Below the pieces are notes generated by a model. The model was not told the origin of the DNA. It searched no databases and saw nothing but the letters and a program-made list of their open reading frames with translations. From NCBI GenBank assembly GCA_013115125.1, contig JABANN010000131.1:1-63962 (forward strand): a DNA stretch of 63,962 nucleotides. The letters run 5' to 3'. Position numbers and translations under genes: made by a program. Position 1 is the first letter of the stretch. Each line of letters begins with the position of its first letter. This DNA is from Perkinsus olseni (Eukaryota). Positions 1 through 13,139 of this stretch are shown here, one piece after another.

Positions 1-1324
1 TCAAACACGTAGTATGTGCTGAATTAGACTGATTTTTGTGATTTGCATATCGAATTGGAACACCCTGTAGAGCTCATATTGTCCTGGAATTTCAACTATC
101 AGCTCTCCTAATATTGTTAGCTTGTTTCAACATGTCACGGATCGAACAATCGAACAAAACATTTTTCGGTGCAGCGTTATCATAACACCTAGGACGATAA
201 GTCCAACTCTCAGCTTAATGGAGGGCCTCTTTAATGGGGGTCAGGTTAGCGGCGGGCCTGGAATGAAGAGTCTTCATTCGCCAACTTCATGTCCCTGTCT
301 CGACTCTGACGCCAAACCGTTGTCTTTACTCGCTAATGTGATATCCTGGAGTGCCGGCATAACGGCTTTAACCAAGGGCCTTGGTCCAAGGCCGGATGGG
401 CTTCTGCCGAATGGTGAATCTGATTATGCTGGGAATAATAGCAGATACTAGAATAGAAACTGAGGAAGACTGACATGCGGGATGCTATCTTGGAGCTGAG
501 GAAGTCGCCCTTGCCGTTGATCGCCAAGTTGCGGTGAAGCATCAATGGGCGACTCTGTCAGCCTGGCAGTGCCAGGAATGCCGCTACAAATCACTCCTAC
601 AGCGTTCCCTCGCCTGAGTATTATATCAGTTTCTGCGAGGCCTCCAGCTGTTAGACAGCTTCGGAAAAACAGGAACCCGAAACGTCTTACTGAATTGTTT
701 CATGGTCAGAACTAGCTCCTCGTCTCGCTCTACATGATGCATCACCGCTCGCATTCATAAACCAAATAAGAAGCTTCTGAAAGGGCTCGCTCCGCTGTTA
801 CAACTGCAACCCAACAGCACTTAGCGATAAGATTTTATTGTTCTAGTAAAGAGTAAATATCAGAGTACAAGGTAAGCATGACGCTGCTGCTAACGGTGAC
901 AGCGATAGAGACACCATCAACGGCCGCCTCAGTCTACTGAGCAGAGACTCCCATGATGGTGCAGCTTCGCCGTTCAAGTATACCACCAGCAAACAGCACG
1001 CTCCGCAAGTACCGACTGGTACAAAGCAATAGTAGCAACATATTCGAAATGATCATAGCGTCTTCAACGCTTCCAACCAGAGCACCAACGTTAGTGTAGA
1101 TGCCGATGGAAGCGAAAACCCAGAATGGCCTTCTACGACTGGCAGGGCCATTCAGCAAATGACGCTCTGTACTACCAGCAATGGGGTGTTGAGCGAAAAT
1201 GTCTTATCAATCGTAATTATCATTACCAATATTCTATAGAGAAAGTATAGGTATTAGTGGGGCGAAATGTATCAACGGCATAGCAGCGACAACGATGACG
1301 GCCGTAGTTTGGTATCTATGATTC

Positions 1325-2445
1325 TCATCATAATCCAACGATCCACACTCCAGAGCACTACAGTCGTCATGGTGAGGACAGGTTGCAGCAGTAGTAGTAG
1401 CACAAATGGTGAGAAGGGTAATACGGGATTGGTAGTGGGAATGTTGCCGTTATCGTATTGGTGATGCTATCAATGTAATAAGGGTAATTGTAATAATCGT
1501 ATCAACCATAGTAATTAGCCACAACAATAGTAAATATCATCATAACCATCACCATCAACTACTACTACTTCTAATACGAATAATAACGACCACAGACCAA
1601 AGCGGTGCGACCAGTGACAGCCTCATTCGCCAGCACTAGCGAAGGGACTTCAAACTCCATCACCGATGGACTGCTAAGGAGGCCCATCACTGGCCACACC
1701 AGTAGCAATCAGCACTGCAATATCCTCAGCGGTGGTGACAGTCATCTCGGGAGTGGCAAGAACACAACAGCCGCGTTTTACCATCTAGAATCCAATCTTA
1801 GATCTACTAATGTTAGCGTCATCAGGGGTGTAGGTCGGGTCGTTGAGCGCAGCTCTCTACCAGACAGGGCATCGGTAGAATTACTACACTTTCACTGAGG
1901 TGACCGAAAAATGTCCATAAATCTTATCAATCGTAATCATGGTGATGCTGATGATGAGGATCAGAAAGGATTCATCAATGTGGTCATTATCAATATTCTA
2001 TAGAGAAGGATAGCAAGGTAATAGTAGGGGGAAAATCTATCAACGGCAGCAGCAGCAACAGCAGCAGCAACGGCAGTAGTAGCGTAGGCAGCAGCGACTA
2101 CAACAATAACGACAGCGCCAGGGTGAGTAGTAGTGGTGGTAGTAGCGAACAACTATCATCGTCATCATCATTGTTACAGGTATCATCATAATCCAACGAT
2201 CCACACTCTAGAGCACTACAGTCGTCATGGTGAGGACAGGTTGCAGCAGTAGTAGTAGCACAAATGGTGAGAAGGGTAATACGGGATTGGTAGTGGGAAT
2301 GTTGCCGTTATCGTATTGGTGATGCTATCAATGTAATAAGGGTAATTGTAATAATCGTATCAACCATAGTAATTAGCCACAATAATAGTAAATATCATCA
2401 TAACCATCACCATCAACTACTACTACTTCTAATACGAATAATAAC
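1325..2445. repeat. Near-identical ~263 bp direct repeat (1325-1587 and 2183-2445) within trinucleotide-rich low-complexity sequence downstream of the Puf gene
   Basis: Both copies run TCATCATAATCCAACGATCCACACTC...TACGAATAATAAC with about 2 substitutions. A looser upstream match extends the unit (about 1195-1290 vs 1908-2060). Confidence 0.9.
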
Positions 2446-2491
2446 AACGAGAGAAAGGATATTGGTAACGTCGTCAACATGAGAAGCAGGC

Positions 2492-5469
2492 CTACTCATC
2501 AGCACTAGTAGAGGAGCTTTTAACTTCTCCACCAACCGGCGGAGGCTGCTGACGAAGCGGGTCGTCCGCCGCGCCACTCGCAGCTAGTACCGCATTTTCC
2601 TCAGCAGTAGCAGCGGACTCGGGCGTAGTAGAAGCACCCCAGCCATCAGCATCAGTGCCACTCACGGCTCCTGATGTACCAGGCCCGGCCTTGTTGGCAC
2701 CAGTAGTAGGAGGCGCGAAGGCGTCCTTGAGGCTTTCCCAGTTGTCACTGGCCAAACCCTGTTGTTGGGCCTTGGCCTCAGCAGTGGCGTTAGTGGTAGC
2801 AGTGGAACCTTCTCCGGCGCTGCGGTTGTGGCTAGGCGTCGCCGCCGAGCCCGAGACAGTACGAGGAGCTCCGTACTGTTGTTGCTGTTGCTGATGGGCA
2901 CCACTCGCGGCCTGCGGACCAACCCCTTGAGAAGGAGGGCCACCATAACGACCATCACTCTGGTGCATGCTTCCGGTGTTGGGCTGGCCAGAGTAGTAGG
3001 AGCCACCATAACCCCCACCTTGTCCGGGATGACCACTGTTATAGTAATGCTGCCTACTACCATAACCATTGTCCTGCTGCTGATGATGATAATCACGACT
3101 TCCGTAATGGAACCCGCCGGCGGACCCGTGGCGATACTGCATACCACCATAGCCGCCACCACCACCCGAAGGGTATCCGCCGCGACTGTTGCCACTGGCA
3201 AGCTGCGGCGCCATCTGATGTCTGCTGCCTCGACGGCCTTGCGGACTCAGCTGTGGGAACTTCGCGATCAACTTCTTAGCAAGCCTTTGATGACGACCAG
3301 CGTCAATATCATTCTGAGCTCTGTTACCACCATAACCACCATGAGAGGGTTGCTGCTGCTGCTGTTGCTGACCAGGACCATACATCAGATCAGCCACGCA
3401 CGGCTGGACCGCGTCGACCAGAGTCTGGAAGGTCTTTCCTCCCTCTTGACTGGCCAAAGTTAGCATCTTTTGCAGGACGTAGTTGCCGTACTTGTCAAGG
3501 AGAAGCTCTCTAACAGCACCGATAGAGACGATCTCGTTGATCAGACTTCGGACGTATTCCAGGGAGCTCTGTGCAAGGAGATGCTCCATGCAGTTGGAGG
3601 AGTACTTATGCTTCGACATTTCAACCACCTAACGAAAAAACATCATTGGCGCTCACAAATCCTCGGCGATCTCACCTGTGGTCTGACGATGAGGCCCATC
3701 TGGGCTACAGCCTGGTGGCCCTCCTCCGTCTGCATCAACTCGCTGCCGCCTTGCAACAGGTGCTGCACAGCATAGTTGCCGAACTGATCTCGAGACAGTC
3801 TCTCGAAGTTATCAACAAAGAGCTTCAGCAAGCGCCTTGAGTGCCTTCCCACGACAATCGGCAACCGCTGCTGTTGTGGCACAGGAGTTCGGCCCGGACC
3901 ACTGGGCGTAGGGGATGGTGGTGGGTCGTTAGGGTAGGTGGTCAATAGGTGAGGATGGGCCTCCACTCTATCCACTGAGGTAGCCCTCTCGATCACTTTC
4001 TTAACCGTAACAACACCCCATTGGCTGCAGCATATGTCGCACATGCGGTCGATAAGTATCTCCAAAAGCCAGCCACTTTGTCCCATAACATCAAGGACCT
4101 TCAGAAGGACATAACAGCCGTTGGGATCCAGTGCCAGCTCAAGGCAGCACTGTCGAATGGCGCCCAGTAGCGGCAACTGATTCGAACCATGATACCTAGT
4201 ATTAGCCTCAGAGATGATCTTCTGCACGACTCGGGTGCCGTGCGTATGCGTGCACATCTCAAAGAGAGTTCTACCACGCAAAAGTTGATTTGATATTATC
4301 ATCTCGAAAGTGGGCATGTCGCAAACGTCAATCACTGCCTGGGAAACGTAGTTGCCGATAGGGTCAAAGGCAAGCGTGACGAAGTGCGGTACCAGGCGTT
4401 GCACAACCTGCTGTACCTCTTCATTAGTGTACAGATTGTCCTTACCGGTGCCGTGCTTCCTCAGCATATCCTGGAGATGGATCGAACTCATATGGTCCTC
4501 AGCGTAGGCCACCACTTCACGGTCGCTCAAACGCATGAACATGTCGAATACGAAGGCCTGACCACCGCCCGAGCGATGCTGCTGTTGCTCCATGGCAGCT
4601 CTCCTTTGATAGCTGTCAGGACCAGCAGGCTGATAGTACGTTCCAGCCATAGTGAGGTGCCCACCACTGTGAGGATATTGTCCAGAACCCTCGTAGTAAG
4701 CCGGTGGAGATGGTTGACGCTCGTACGCGCCATAGCCGCTCCCGTACCCAGGAGTAGCAGTGTAATACTGACCACCGTTAACGCCTCCTCCCGCGGCGTT
4801 AGGCTCGCCATTGTAAGGAGCATAGCCGCTCGCGGGGGCCTGACCCATATAGTAGCCCTGAGAGTTGTCAGGAGTAGCATAACCAGGGCCCGCAGCATAC
4901 CCAGCCGCTGAGCTTCCCTGGTAGTTGGGAGGGCCAGGAGGGACTTGCCCTTGGCCGGGCACTTGGGTGTAGTACTCGTAGCCAGCTGAGGGGGTACTGG
5001 CGGTTCCACGGTACATGTCGGACTCATTGCCTGAGGATGACAGGTGACGACTGTAGTGAGCCCCGGCTAGGGAGGTTGACTTACCTCGGACGTCAGTCGA
5101 AGCTCCTTGCCATTGCGTGAGTCCACTCGGCCATGTGTCCCGGGGGGCCGCCTGAGAGAAGAGGTCCCCGATAATACGGAAGAGCAGATCTTATTGACGT
5201 ATTCACAGCTCGGGATGATCGATTATATTCTATCACATGCCAGCTCAACCTCAAGATAATGATTGTAGATTCCGTCTAATGTATGCTTCAACCTTAGATA
5301 CGCATCTTACGGTTTCAAAAGATACTTCAACAGAGGTCGACCTAGAGCTCAAAGCTTCCCCTCCCGTTCATACCTGCATGTCGGGTCTTGCTGTCCAGCC
5401 CGATGGGGCAGGCATCCCTCCGCCCAGAAGCCTCGAGTCTCTATGTGGTGCCGCTGCAGAATTACTCAT
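2492..5469 (-). CDS. Pumilio/Puf-family RNA-binding protein (spliced)
   Basis: Puf repeats (DPIGNYVSQ, HTHGTRVVQK, DPNGCYVLLK, DQFGNYAVQH, HKYSSNCMEH, DKYGNYVLQK) in ORFs 3643-5016 and 2492-3628, joined by GT-AG intron 3629-3675. Start at 5469 is inferred via small upstream exons. Confidence 0.9.
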
Positions 5470-5975
5470 ACCAACTTGTTCCAATTGTATAGGTAATAAT
5501 AGGGCGACGGCTACTGCAACCGTAAAAGGGCCCTATCAGTTCAAGGAGGAGCTTGCGACGCGGAGAACATAAACGCGTTGAGGAATTGCAAGAGCTCAAG
5601 ATTGACGAGCAGTCGCGCACGCCTCTGCGATCGATTGAGCCATCATCTTCTCAAATTGAAGTCCCCGCGACGATCTCGACAGTCACCGTGCCTTCCCTGA
5701 GTAGCCACTCGCTTATTCCCTCCAGGTTTCGAAAGGGTCTTGGGCCTCGCGCTTGACCGTATCTAGTGCTCGTATGAATGTTACTCACATGCTCGCTCCA
5801 CCCAGGTTCAATTCCCGGCTCTTCCATCTCTAGAGGTCTTTCGCGTTCAATTGCTGGTTGCCCAGGCCCAATGTAGCCAAGCACATCTCTCATCATTATT
5901 TACTTGCTCGGACAAAATCCGCTATAGAGATATCACTCGTAGTTAGCCTGTTATTGTTGTTTAATAGAATCTTTA

Positions 5976-8592
5976 ATGTCGGTCGAAGCGGTCATGCTGT
6001 GCTTGGACACCTCCGAATGGTGTCGCAACGCTGATTACGTGCCTGATAGAATCCAGGCCGAGACTGAAGCGGCCAACCTCATCTGCGGGGCGAAGTCACA
6101 ACAGCATCCTGAGGTAATTCTGTAGAGCTCAAGGGTCGACCTAAGATTCCTCCTCCATTCAGACGGCTGTTGGAGTATTGACTATGAGCGGCAGCAGTGA
6201 CGGCTCCGGCGTGGATGTAGGCCCCGTCATCGCATCATCAACATCGCCTCGTCACACCGGTCGTTGTCAGCTTCGACAAACTCCCACGACGAATCTCGGC
6301 GAAATGCTAACAGCGTTGTCGAACCTCTCGCCCGAAGTCAAGGACTTCGGCCCGAACGGTCCTAGGTCTGCAGACTTGGTAGTATCTTGGGTTCAACTTC
6401 AGCCATCGGTTAGGGGAATCTTTTGAAGGGTTGGCGGTCTTGTCGATGGTTACTCACTCGAAAGATTCTTTGGAATCTTGACCGAATCTCAGGTCCGGGG
6501 GATACAGACAGCGCAGTTGGTGTTGAAGCACAGACAAAATAAAAATCAAAAGCAACGGATCGTGTGCTTTGTGGGCAGTCCCGTGGGTGCTACTAAAAAA
6601 CAGATGGAGACACTTGGAAAAAATCTCAAGAAGAACAACGTGGCCATCGGTAGTAGTGGTGGGGTATTGGTGCAGTGGTACGCGCTATGCCTGGCATTCC
6701 GGAGGTCGCGGGTTCGAGCCCATCTTGTTCGGCCATCAGATATCGTCAGTTTTGGTGAGGTCGATGCGAACAAGCCCCTTTTGCAAGACCTCTTAGACCA
6801 CGCTCAATCCAGCGGCAACAGCTGCATGGTAAGCAACGCTCGAGTCCACGCCGAATAACAACCAAGCGTCTCATGGGACTCGTCTAACGAATGAATCTCC
6901 CGGAGTACACTGAGGCAACACCCTGGAAGTCGGAGATGACGGTATCTGGTAATCTAGTAAAATCGGATACCGATCCACCATTGGGGTCCTCGAGTCAATT
7001 AGCCTCCGGGTTTGGCGGTTGCGAAGGAGGGCGGTCCATCGTCTGCTCCGTCAACGAGATGAGCGCTCCAGTGGATGCAGACTCACCCTCCGCGTGTCGT
7101 TGGACATGGCCGTTGGGGAAGGGCTTCGCTTCAGGTGGAGGTCCCGCCTTACACTGACCAGATCATGTCCGACGTCCTCATGAGTACGCCAGTCGTCACT
7201 CCCGAAGGAGCAGCTCCTCCTGCTGCTGCTGCCGGTGAGGGAGGCTTTGAGTTCGGAGTGGACCCTAGCCAGGATCCTGAGCTGGTACGTCGTCCACGCA
7301 TGCACATAAGATTCACGTGAGGTCGATCAGGCGATGGCACTGCGCATGTCGATGGAGGAGGAGAGGGCAAGGCAGGGTCAGAGTGCCGCTGCTGGAGGCG
7401 AGGGATCGGCGGCACAGCAGGAAGGGAGTAATACATGAAGCGTTGAAGTGACGGGCTATATACGATCAACTTATAGAGGCGTTGGTCACTTTTATGTCGA
7501 CCTATTATCATAATCGTTATCGGAGAGATGGTGTGCTCTATCGTTTTCCGAAGGTGTTAGTGTCTACCTTGCGGGAATCACTACCGTTCATTGCACAACG
7601 GAAATGTCATATACTCCTTCAGGCACCGCCGCCGCCCCTGCTGCCCCTGCTGGGTCTGCTCAAGAGAGTTCGGCCAGCACTTCGGAGATGGACCCTCGGC
7701 TGCAGGCAGCACTCGCCGACGCTGCTGCTGCCGGGGAGGAGGTTGGTCTGTTCGGAGATGATGATTAGTCGTCCAGTGGCTTCTTGGCAGGTTGATGATG
7801 AACTTCGTCAAGCCTTGTTGTTGTCTCTGCAAGAGTCGGACTCGCAGCAGAACAAACAACAGCAGCAGCAGCAGCAGCAGCAGGAACAGCATAAGGAGGA
7901 AGGTAGTGTCCGAACCCGGGGAGGGAGTGCTTGATGGTTGTCCTACTAGGCGAGAAGAAACCGGAAGAGAATGCCGCCGAAGAGGTGCCTGCGAAGACCT
8001 CTGCTCCCTCGGCTCCGGCGCCTGAGGACGACATGGATGAGGAGTTGAGGAAAGCCCTGATGGAGAGCCTGGAGGATTGGGATGGCGGGTAGGGAAGGGG
8101 TTTCTAACGCAGCGAGAATGATATCTTTCTACGATCGATCATGGATTACTCTTTACCTTACTTAAGTGTCGTAAAGCCTCTGATTGGCTGACGCTATTGA
8201 GCACTGTTCCTTTGGTAGGGAGAAGACTAAAGGCGATGGGGATGCCTTGGCCGAGAAGAAGCAGAAGAAGGACAAACCAGCTGCTGCTGATTCCTCATCC
8301 TCGTCTTCATTCGCCCAGGGAGCCTCCGACGAAGCCGCGATCTTCCAGGTGCAACCTAAGATACCCTCGATGTTAGCGATGCGCCTTCGCGCTTTAGGAC
8401 CCCTCGATGGTTGCCGAGCTGCTCAGTGGACTGCCTGGCGTCGACCTTAACGATCCTAGGATCCAAGAGGCCCTCAGGGACTTGCAGCAAGGGTGAGCTT
8501 CGACCCTCCCCACTAGGGCGTGTAGCGAACTTGTATTCCTCAGGGATAAGGGGGACTCGGCGAAAAAAGACGACGACAAGGAGAAGCAGTGA
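5976..8592 (+). CDS. RPN10: 26S proteasome ubiquitin receptor Rpn10/S5a (multi-exon)
   Basis: Starts MSVEAVMLCLDTSEWCRNADY; vWA motifs GIQTAQLVLKHRQNKNQKQRIVCFVGSP and KKNNVAIDIVSFGE; UIM VDPSQDPELAMALRMSMEEE; C-terminal LPGVDLNDPRIQ. Confidence 0.95.
6661..6735 (+). pseudogene. Degenerate full-length tRNA-like sequence filling RPN10 intron 6650-6739
   Basis: A-box TGGTGCAGTGG at 6668-6678 (T8, A14, G15 and GG at canonical offsets), variable loop AGGTC, B-box GGTTCGAGCCC at 6711-6721; stems pair poorly. Confidence 0.7.
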
Positions 8593-8869
8593 CTGAGGGG
8601 AGAGTAGCCACTGTTCTATCATCGAAGGGTTGTAGTTTTCGTGGTCGCAGCAGTGACGGTTGAGTTACAGTTCTTTGAGAGTTGGGAAGAGCTGTTCATT
8701 GGCAGTTCATTGTTCGTCCCTCGATGCTCCATAGGGGAATAGCACCGACAGGTAGTACCATGGGAGAGCAGCTGGGAGCGGTCGACTATACTCATACTGA
8801 GCCAGCTTCGACCTAAGATGTTGATGCCGTAGTATGAGCACTGGAATCACTTCATTTTATCCTATTGAC

Positions 8870-10086
8870 AGTAACGCTTTGGAGAAGAGGCGTGTTTTGA
8901 TGGTGGCTCCGGCCAGCTGGAACCCCTCCAGGTCTCTTTTACGCTCGTCTTTTCTTGCTCGTACCAGCCACCGTTGAAAGCACTGCCCAACTCAACGCGA
9001 AATCGACCGAATAGCGAACAGCAAGAAAGTGGCAAATTTGTTATACCAACTTCTGCTCTGCGTCGCTCGGACATCTGTGCCGGCGTGGTGGCGACTTCTA
9101 CTGGATTTTCTCAGGTCCTCGAGGAGGCCTGCCTTTCCCGAGTACAAGCACCGTGGTGAAGTCCTCGCCACTTTCTGGCGCCTACGATGATGATGACGAG
9201 GAGTAGGTGGATGATTTGAGGGAAATTTGGTATGTAAAAGAACGTGCACGCGGTGCTGATCAGATACGACCCGATGCATCCGAATGACTATGATATTATA
9301 AACAGAGAGCGTAAACGTAAGGCTGAGGAAGATGACCTTGCCGAAAGGAAGGAGATCGCAAGTAACATCTTGGCGACCTTGAGATACTCCAAAGACATTC
9401 TCAGAAATTGCGGCTAAACCTGCGGTCCAGAAGGATTCGGCCGGGAGCAAATTGTTGAAGAAAATGGGTTGGACAGAAGGGCAGGTGAGGAATCTTATGT
9501 TCATGCTTGCTTTCGGCAGAAAATGTTCTCTTAGGGTCTCGGAGCTCAGAATCAGGGGATAACGGCACCGTTGATGCACAAGAAAATTGACTCGACGCAG
9601 GGAAAGATAGAAATGGGGAAGATTTCGGTGAGGAGGGCGGAGCGATGGGAAGTGGGAGACGATCGAATCAGATTTTGCCACCGAGTATTGGCCAATCGTC
9701 ACCTGAGCCTGAGAGCCGAATTTTGCTATTAAAGAATATGGTGGGTAAGGGAGAGGTAGATGAGGACCTTGAGGATGATGTCAAGGAAGAGTGTGAAACG
9801 TGAGTATCCATCAACTTGAGCTATCTTGTATCCTACCAGCATCAACCTTAGATACGGCAAGGTCGAAGAAGTGAAGGTCCTCGAGCTCCAGACTGAGGTC
9901 AGAGTATTTGTAGTGTTTGGTGACGTTGCCGCGTCAGAAAAGGCGAAAAAAATCATGCATGGCCGGTAAGCCACGCGCGCGGCGTCAAACTATGATTCTC
10001 GTTCCATCAGAACCTTCGACCAGAAGCGAATCGACGCTACCTCGTACGATGAAGGGAAGTACAGCAGAGGCATCTACGACGCTTGA
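8870..10086 (+). CDS. SPF45: Splicing factor SPF45/RBM17 (G-patch + UHM); start uncertain
   Basis: YDPMHPNDY motif, G-patch GSKLLKKMGWTEGQ, UHM KNMVGKGEVDEDLEDDVKEECERYGKV; stop TGA at 10084-10086. Confidence 0.85.
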
Positions 10087-11029
10087 CGATTCGACACGTG
10101 TTGTGTTGTTAAGAATGCTCTGAGCTACACATCGGGCATCTCAAAGCACTACGAATATTTACTTCGCGATCAACGTGATCGACGCTTCAACGACATCATC
10201 ATCTCACCATGCGTTGTCTCGGCGTCATTTCGTTCCACGCGTGCGTCTCGATGCGAAAGATTTCTGCCACATCATCGCATTGTTCGCGAAAAAATCGCGC
10301 AAAATAGTTTGAAATGCAGAACAGATGAAAGTCCAGAGCAGCTGTTCTGAAACTCGCCATTTTTACACGCTAAGCGATCAGAGTCGCTTTACCTGATCGA
10401 TCAGGGCTCGGTTCATCTGAGCTCTCGATGTATCGTTAAACCATTTCTCGATCGAAATGAATTTTTTCGGTTCATTTGAAAAGACACGAGGAAGGAACGA
10501 AAAAGAGTAATTATTTGAACGGGAAATAGTGATTGTGTTTACGACCCCCAGATGGATACGTTGTGTAACGCTCAAGTCGCCCATCGACGTGTACACGACG
10601 GGCAATTATCGCCTTCTTCGAGTTGTTGTCGCGGAGGTTAGATGACAGACCGTCGTCCCGAGACAAATAACGTGGAGACGAAGTGACCAGCAGTGGTCTG
10701 TCAACCTAGTTGTTAGCACCTCCTTGATTTCTGCTGAGATTAGTCCTGACACGCGGATCAGGAGTTGTTAGGCGAGGACCCCTCCCTTCAGGCCCCAAGC
10801 GGCGCACGAGAGAGAATCTGCATCTCGAAGGAAGGCTATCCCAGAGAGCACTTGAACGACAACAGGAGCAAGTAGTGACGATAGTAGAAGGCAGACGAGG
10901 CGAATAGTCCGGTCGATGAGTTCATCAAACAATCAGCAGGAGGAGGAGGAGCGATGATACAAAACTTAGCATCAACGACGACGACAAGTATGGCGAAAGT
11001 CAGACAAGAGCACAGAGAGTAGTTCACAA

Positions 11030-12973
11030 ATGATATAACTTCGAGGCGAATGATACGCATAGAAGTGCTAAGTACAGGGTCAGGACGCCAAGCCTGGGTT
11101 AGGTTTCCTCTTCTCCGAGCTCCGAAAAGATACCGGAGTCTTCATCTTTGTTATCGTCATCGTCATCGGCATCCTCGGAATCGTGCTGAGGAGGAAACGA
11201 CAATTACACAGATTATGATAAGACCAATCACAAACATATGTCTAATCGTCAGCGACTCAGCGACGAATCATGTTCTCTCGCTGACACTCCAGCGTAGAGG
11301 TTTTCACGGGCGAGTAGAGGCCTCAAGAAAGAAAAACTTTTTGATGAAAAAAGCGAATTTTGATAATCTCATCGATAGAACGCTCAGTGTTCTTATAAAA
11401 CGGAAGGCAACTCACCAAATCGAAGTCCCACGCTCCGCTGACGGCGCCACTGAAGCCAGTGCGGACCTTAGGAGCTCGCGGAGACCGGTATCTAAAATCA
11501 CACGAAGTGCAACCTTCGACCTAAGATACTTCTAACTCACCCTGGAGGTTTCGTGGGCTCCCTTTGCTCAATTGTCGGTAACTGTTTCAGGAGGTCGACA
11601 AGAGCCTCCTTGTCGGCCTGGCGGAAAAATGCATCGTGTCGGGAGAGAAGCTGATCGACGGAAGGCCTGAACAGAAGGCAATGACGATGTAGGAGAGAAC
11701 GGCGAGATGCCCACCGCTTGCTAGGGTCCTTCTGAAGACAGTCAGCCACCATTTTCACGAACGAGGAATCCCACGGGGTTGACTTAGTTCGCTCTAAGGT
11801 CGGCGGGGGATTCTCTAAGATATTCTTCATGACCTGAATCGAGAAAATCTTCGCAGTGCGGCAGATGCTTCGCCTGCGTACCTTCAATGGGTGAAGATTC
11901 TGATAGGGTGCGCTGCCGTTGGCCAACTCTAACGCCGTCACTCCGAAGGACCAAATATCCGCCTTATAGTCGTACCTGTCTTCGCGTCACCCCAACGGAG
12001 AACTGTGGCAAGGCGACTACCCATTTTTGCTCTGCTCAAGAACCTCAGGGGCCATCCAGCAGGGCGTTCCGACGAAGGTCTGTCGAGACCTGGAGTCTCT
12101 CATCGACGCAGAGACACCGAAGTCAGACAGATACCTGGTTAAGAGAATCTAAGAGGGAATTTGGGGGAAATGTGGTATTACACTCTGCCGTCTAAACTGA
12201 GGAGGATATTGCCCGCCTTAAGGTCGCGGTGAATTTGCTGGTTGGAATGAAAATGACGAAGGGCTATAGCCGTTTCCCGAAGAATGTACGCTATGATCCC
12301 GATGTTCTGAATGATGATAGCAACAGCAGACTACCGTCACCGCGCCACGAAATTACTGTAACTATTACGTTGATGCTGTGACCAGTGCGCTTCTTGAACT
12401 CTCTGATGACGTTCTGGCACGAGCCGCCGTTGATGAGGGGCATGACCAACCACATTTTGGCGTCCGGAGAGGAAAACGCAGCGTGGTAGGTGATGACCTG
12501 GACGCGATGGAAATGACGATTTTCGAGCGGCCGCGGGTATTATCACATTCGGATGAGTGCACATCCGCATGACTTGAAGTTCCTTGCGGATGTCGTCGAA
12601 AGTGGTGCCATCAAGGCACTCGAGATCGATCACTTTAATCGCCGCTGGTTCGCCGGAATGAACGCCCGATACGACAGTAGCCTTGTACCTGGCAAAATCT
12701 TGCTCGGCAGATGCGTATCTTAGGTCGAAGCTGGCACTCCACGGAATGGCTCATATAAGATACATAATTCCAAAAAAGTTCCATACCATTCCAACGCCAA
12801 GAAACGGTCGCTAGCTCGACTCTTCCGTCCCTACGGAAACCCTTCCCGACCTACACAGTAGCGAAAGCACCGTAGCCGATGGAGCACTCGAGTTGATAGC
12901 CTTCAGTAGTGGTGGGCCACTCACTAGGAGGCTCATGCACGCCACCTCCCGATGGCGATGATGTCCCTGTCAT
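11030..12973 (-). CDS. STE20-family Ser/Thr kinase (OSR1/SPAK-like); 3' end approximate
   Basis: [60 protein letters not shown] across many short-intron exons. Confidence 0.88.
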
Positions 12974-13139
12974 GCGAGATACTGACTAAAGCAATCTGGA
13001 GAAGCCGAGAGATGAAAATTGACATTCGTGCAACGAGAACTTCGCTCCGCTAGAAAGAATCTCGCTCGCCCGGCTGATCGTTTGCGCTCTAATCCGCTAT
13101 TGCAAGCCTTTGTCTCTCAGCCGCAGCGAGGATTGAACC

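Noticed and set aside
1-1160. Short ORFs at the window start (also 22817-23294 and 63051-63962)
   Set aside because: No recognisable motifs or coherent spliced model.
6661-6735. Functional tRNA-Ala(GGC) gene
   Set aside because: Acceptor, anticodon and T stems do not pair adequately and no oligo-T terminator follows; treated as tRNA-derived.
12017-12041. Relict spliced leader (CTACCCATTTTTGCTCTGCTCAAG)
   Set aside because: Gapped partial match, antisense within a kinase intron and not upstream of a gene.
12869-12880. Spliced-leader 5' end ACCGTAGCC
   Set aside because: It is the antisense of the kinase Gly-loop codons (IGYGA).
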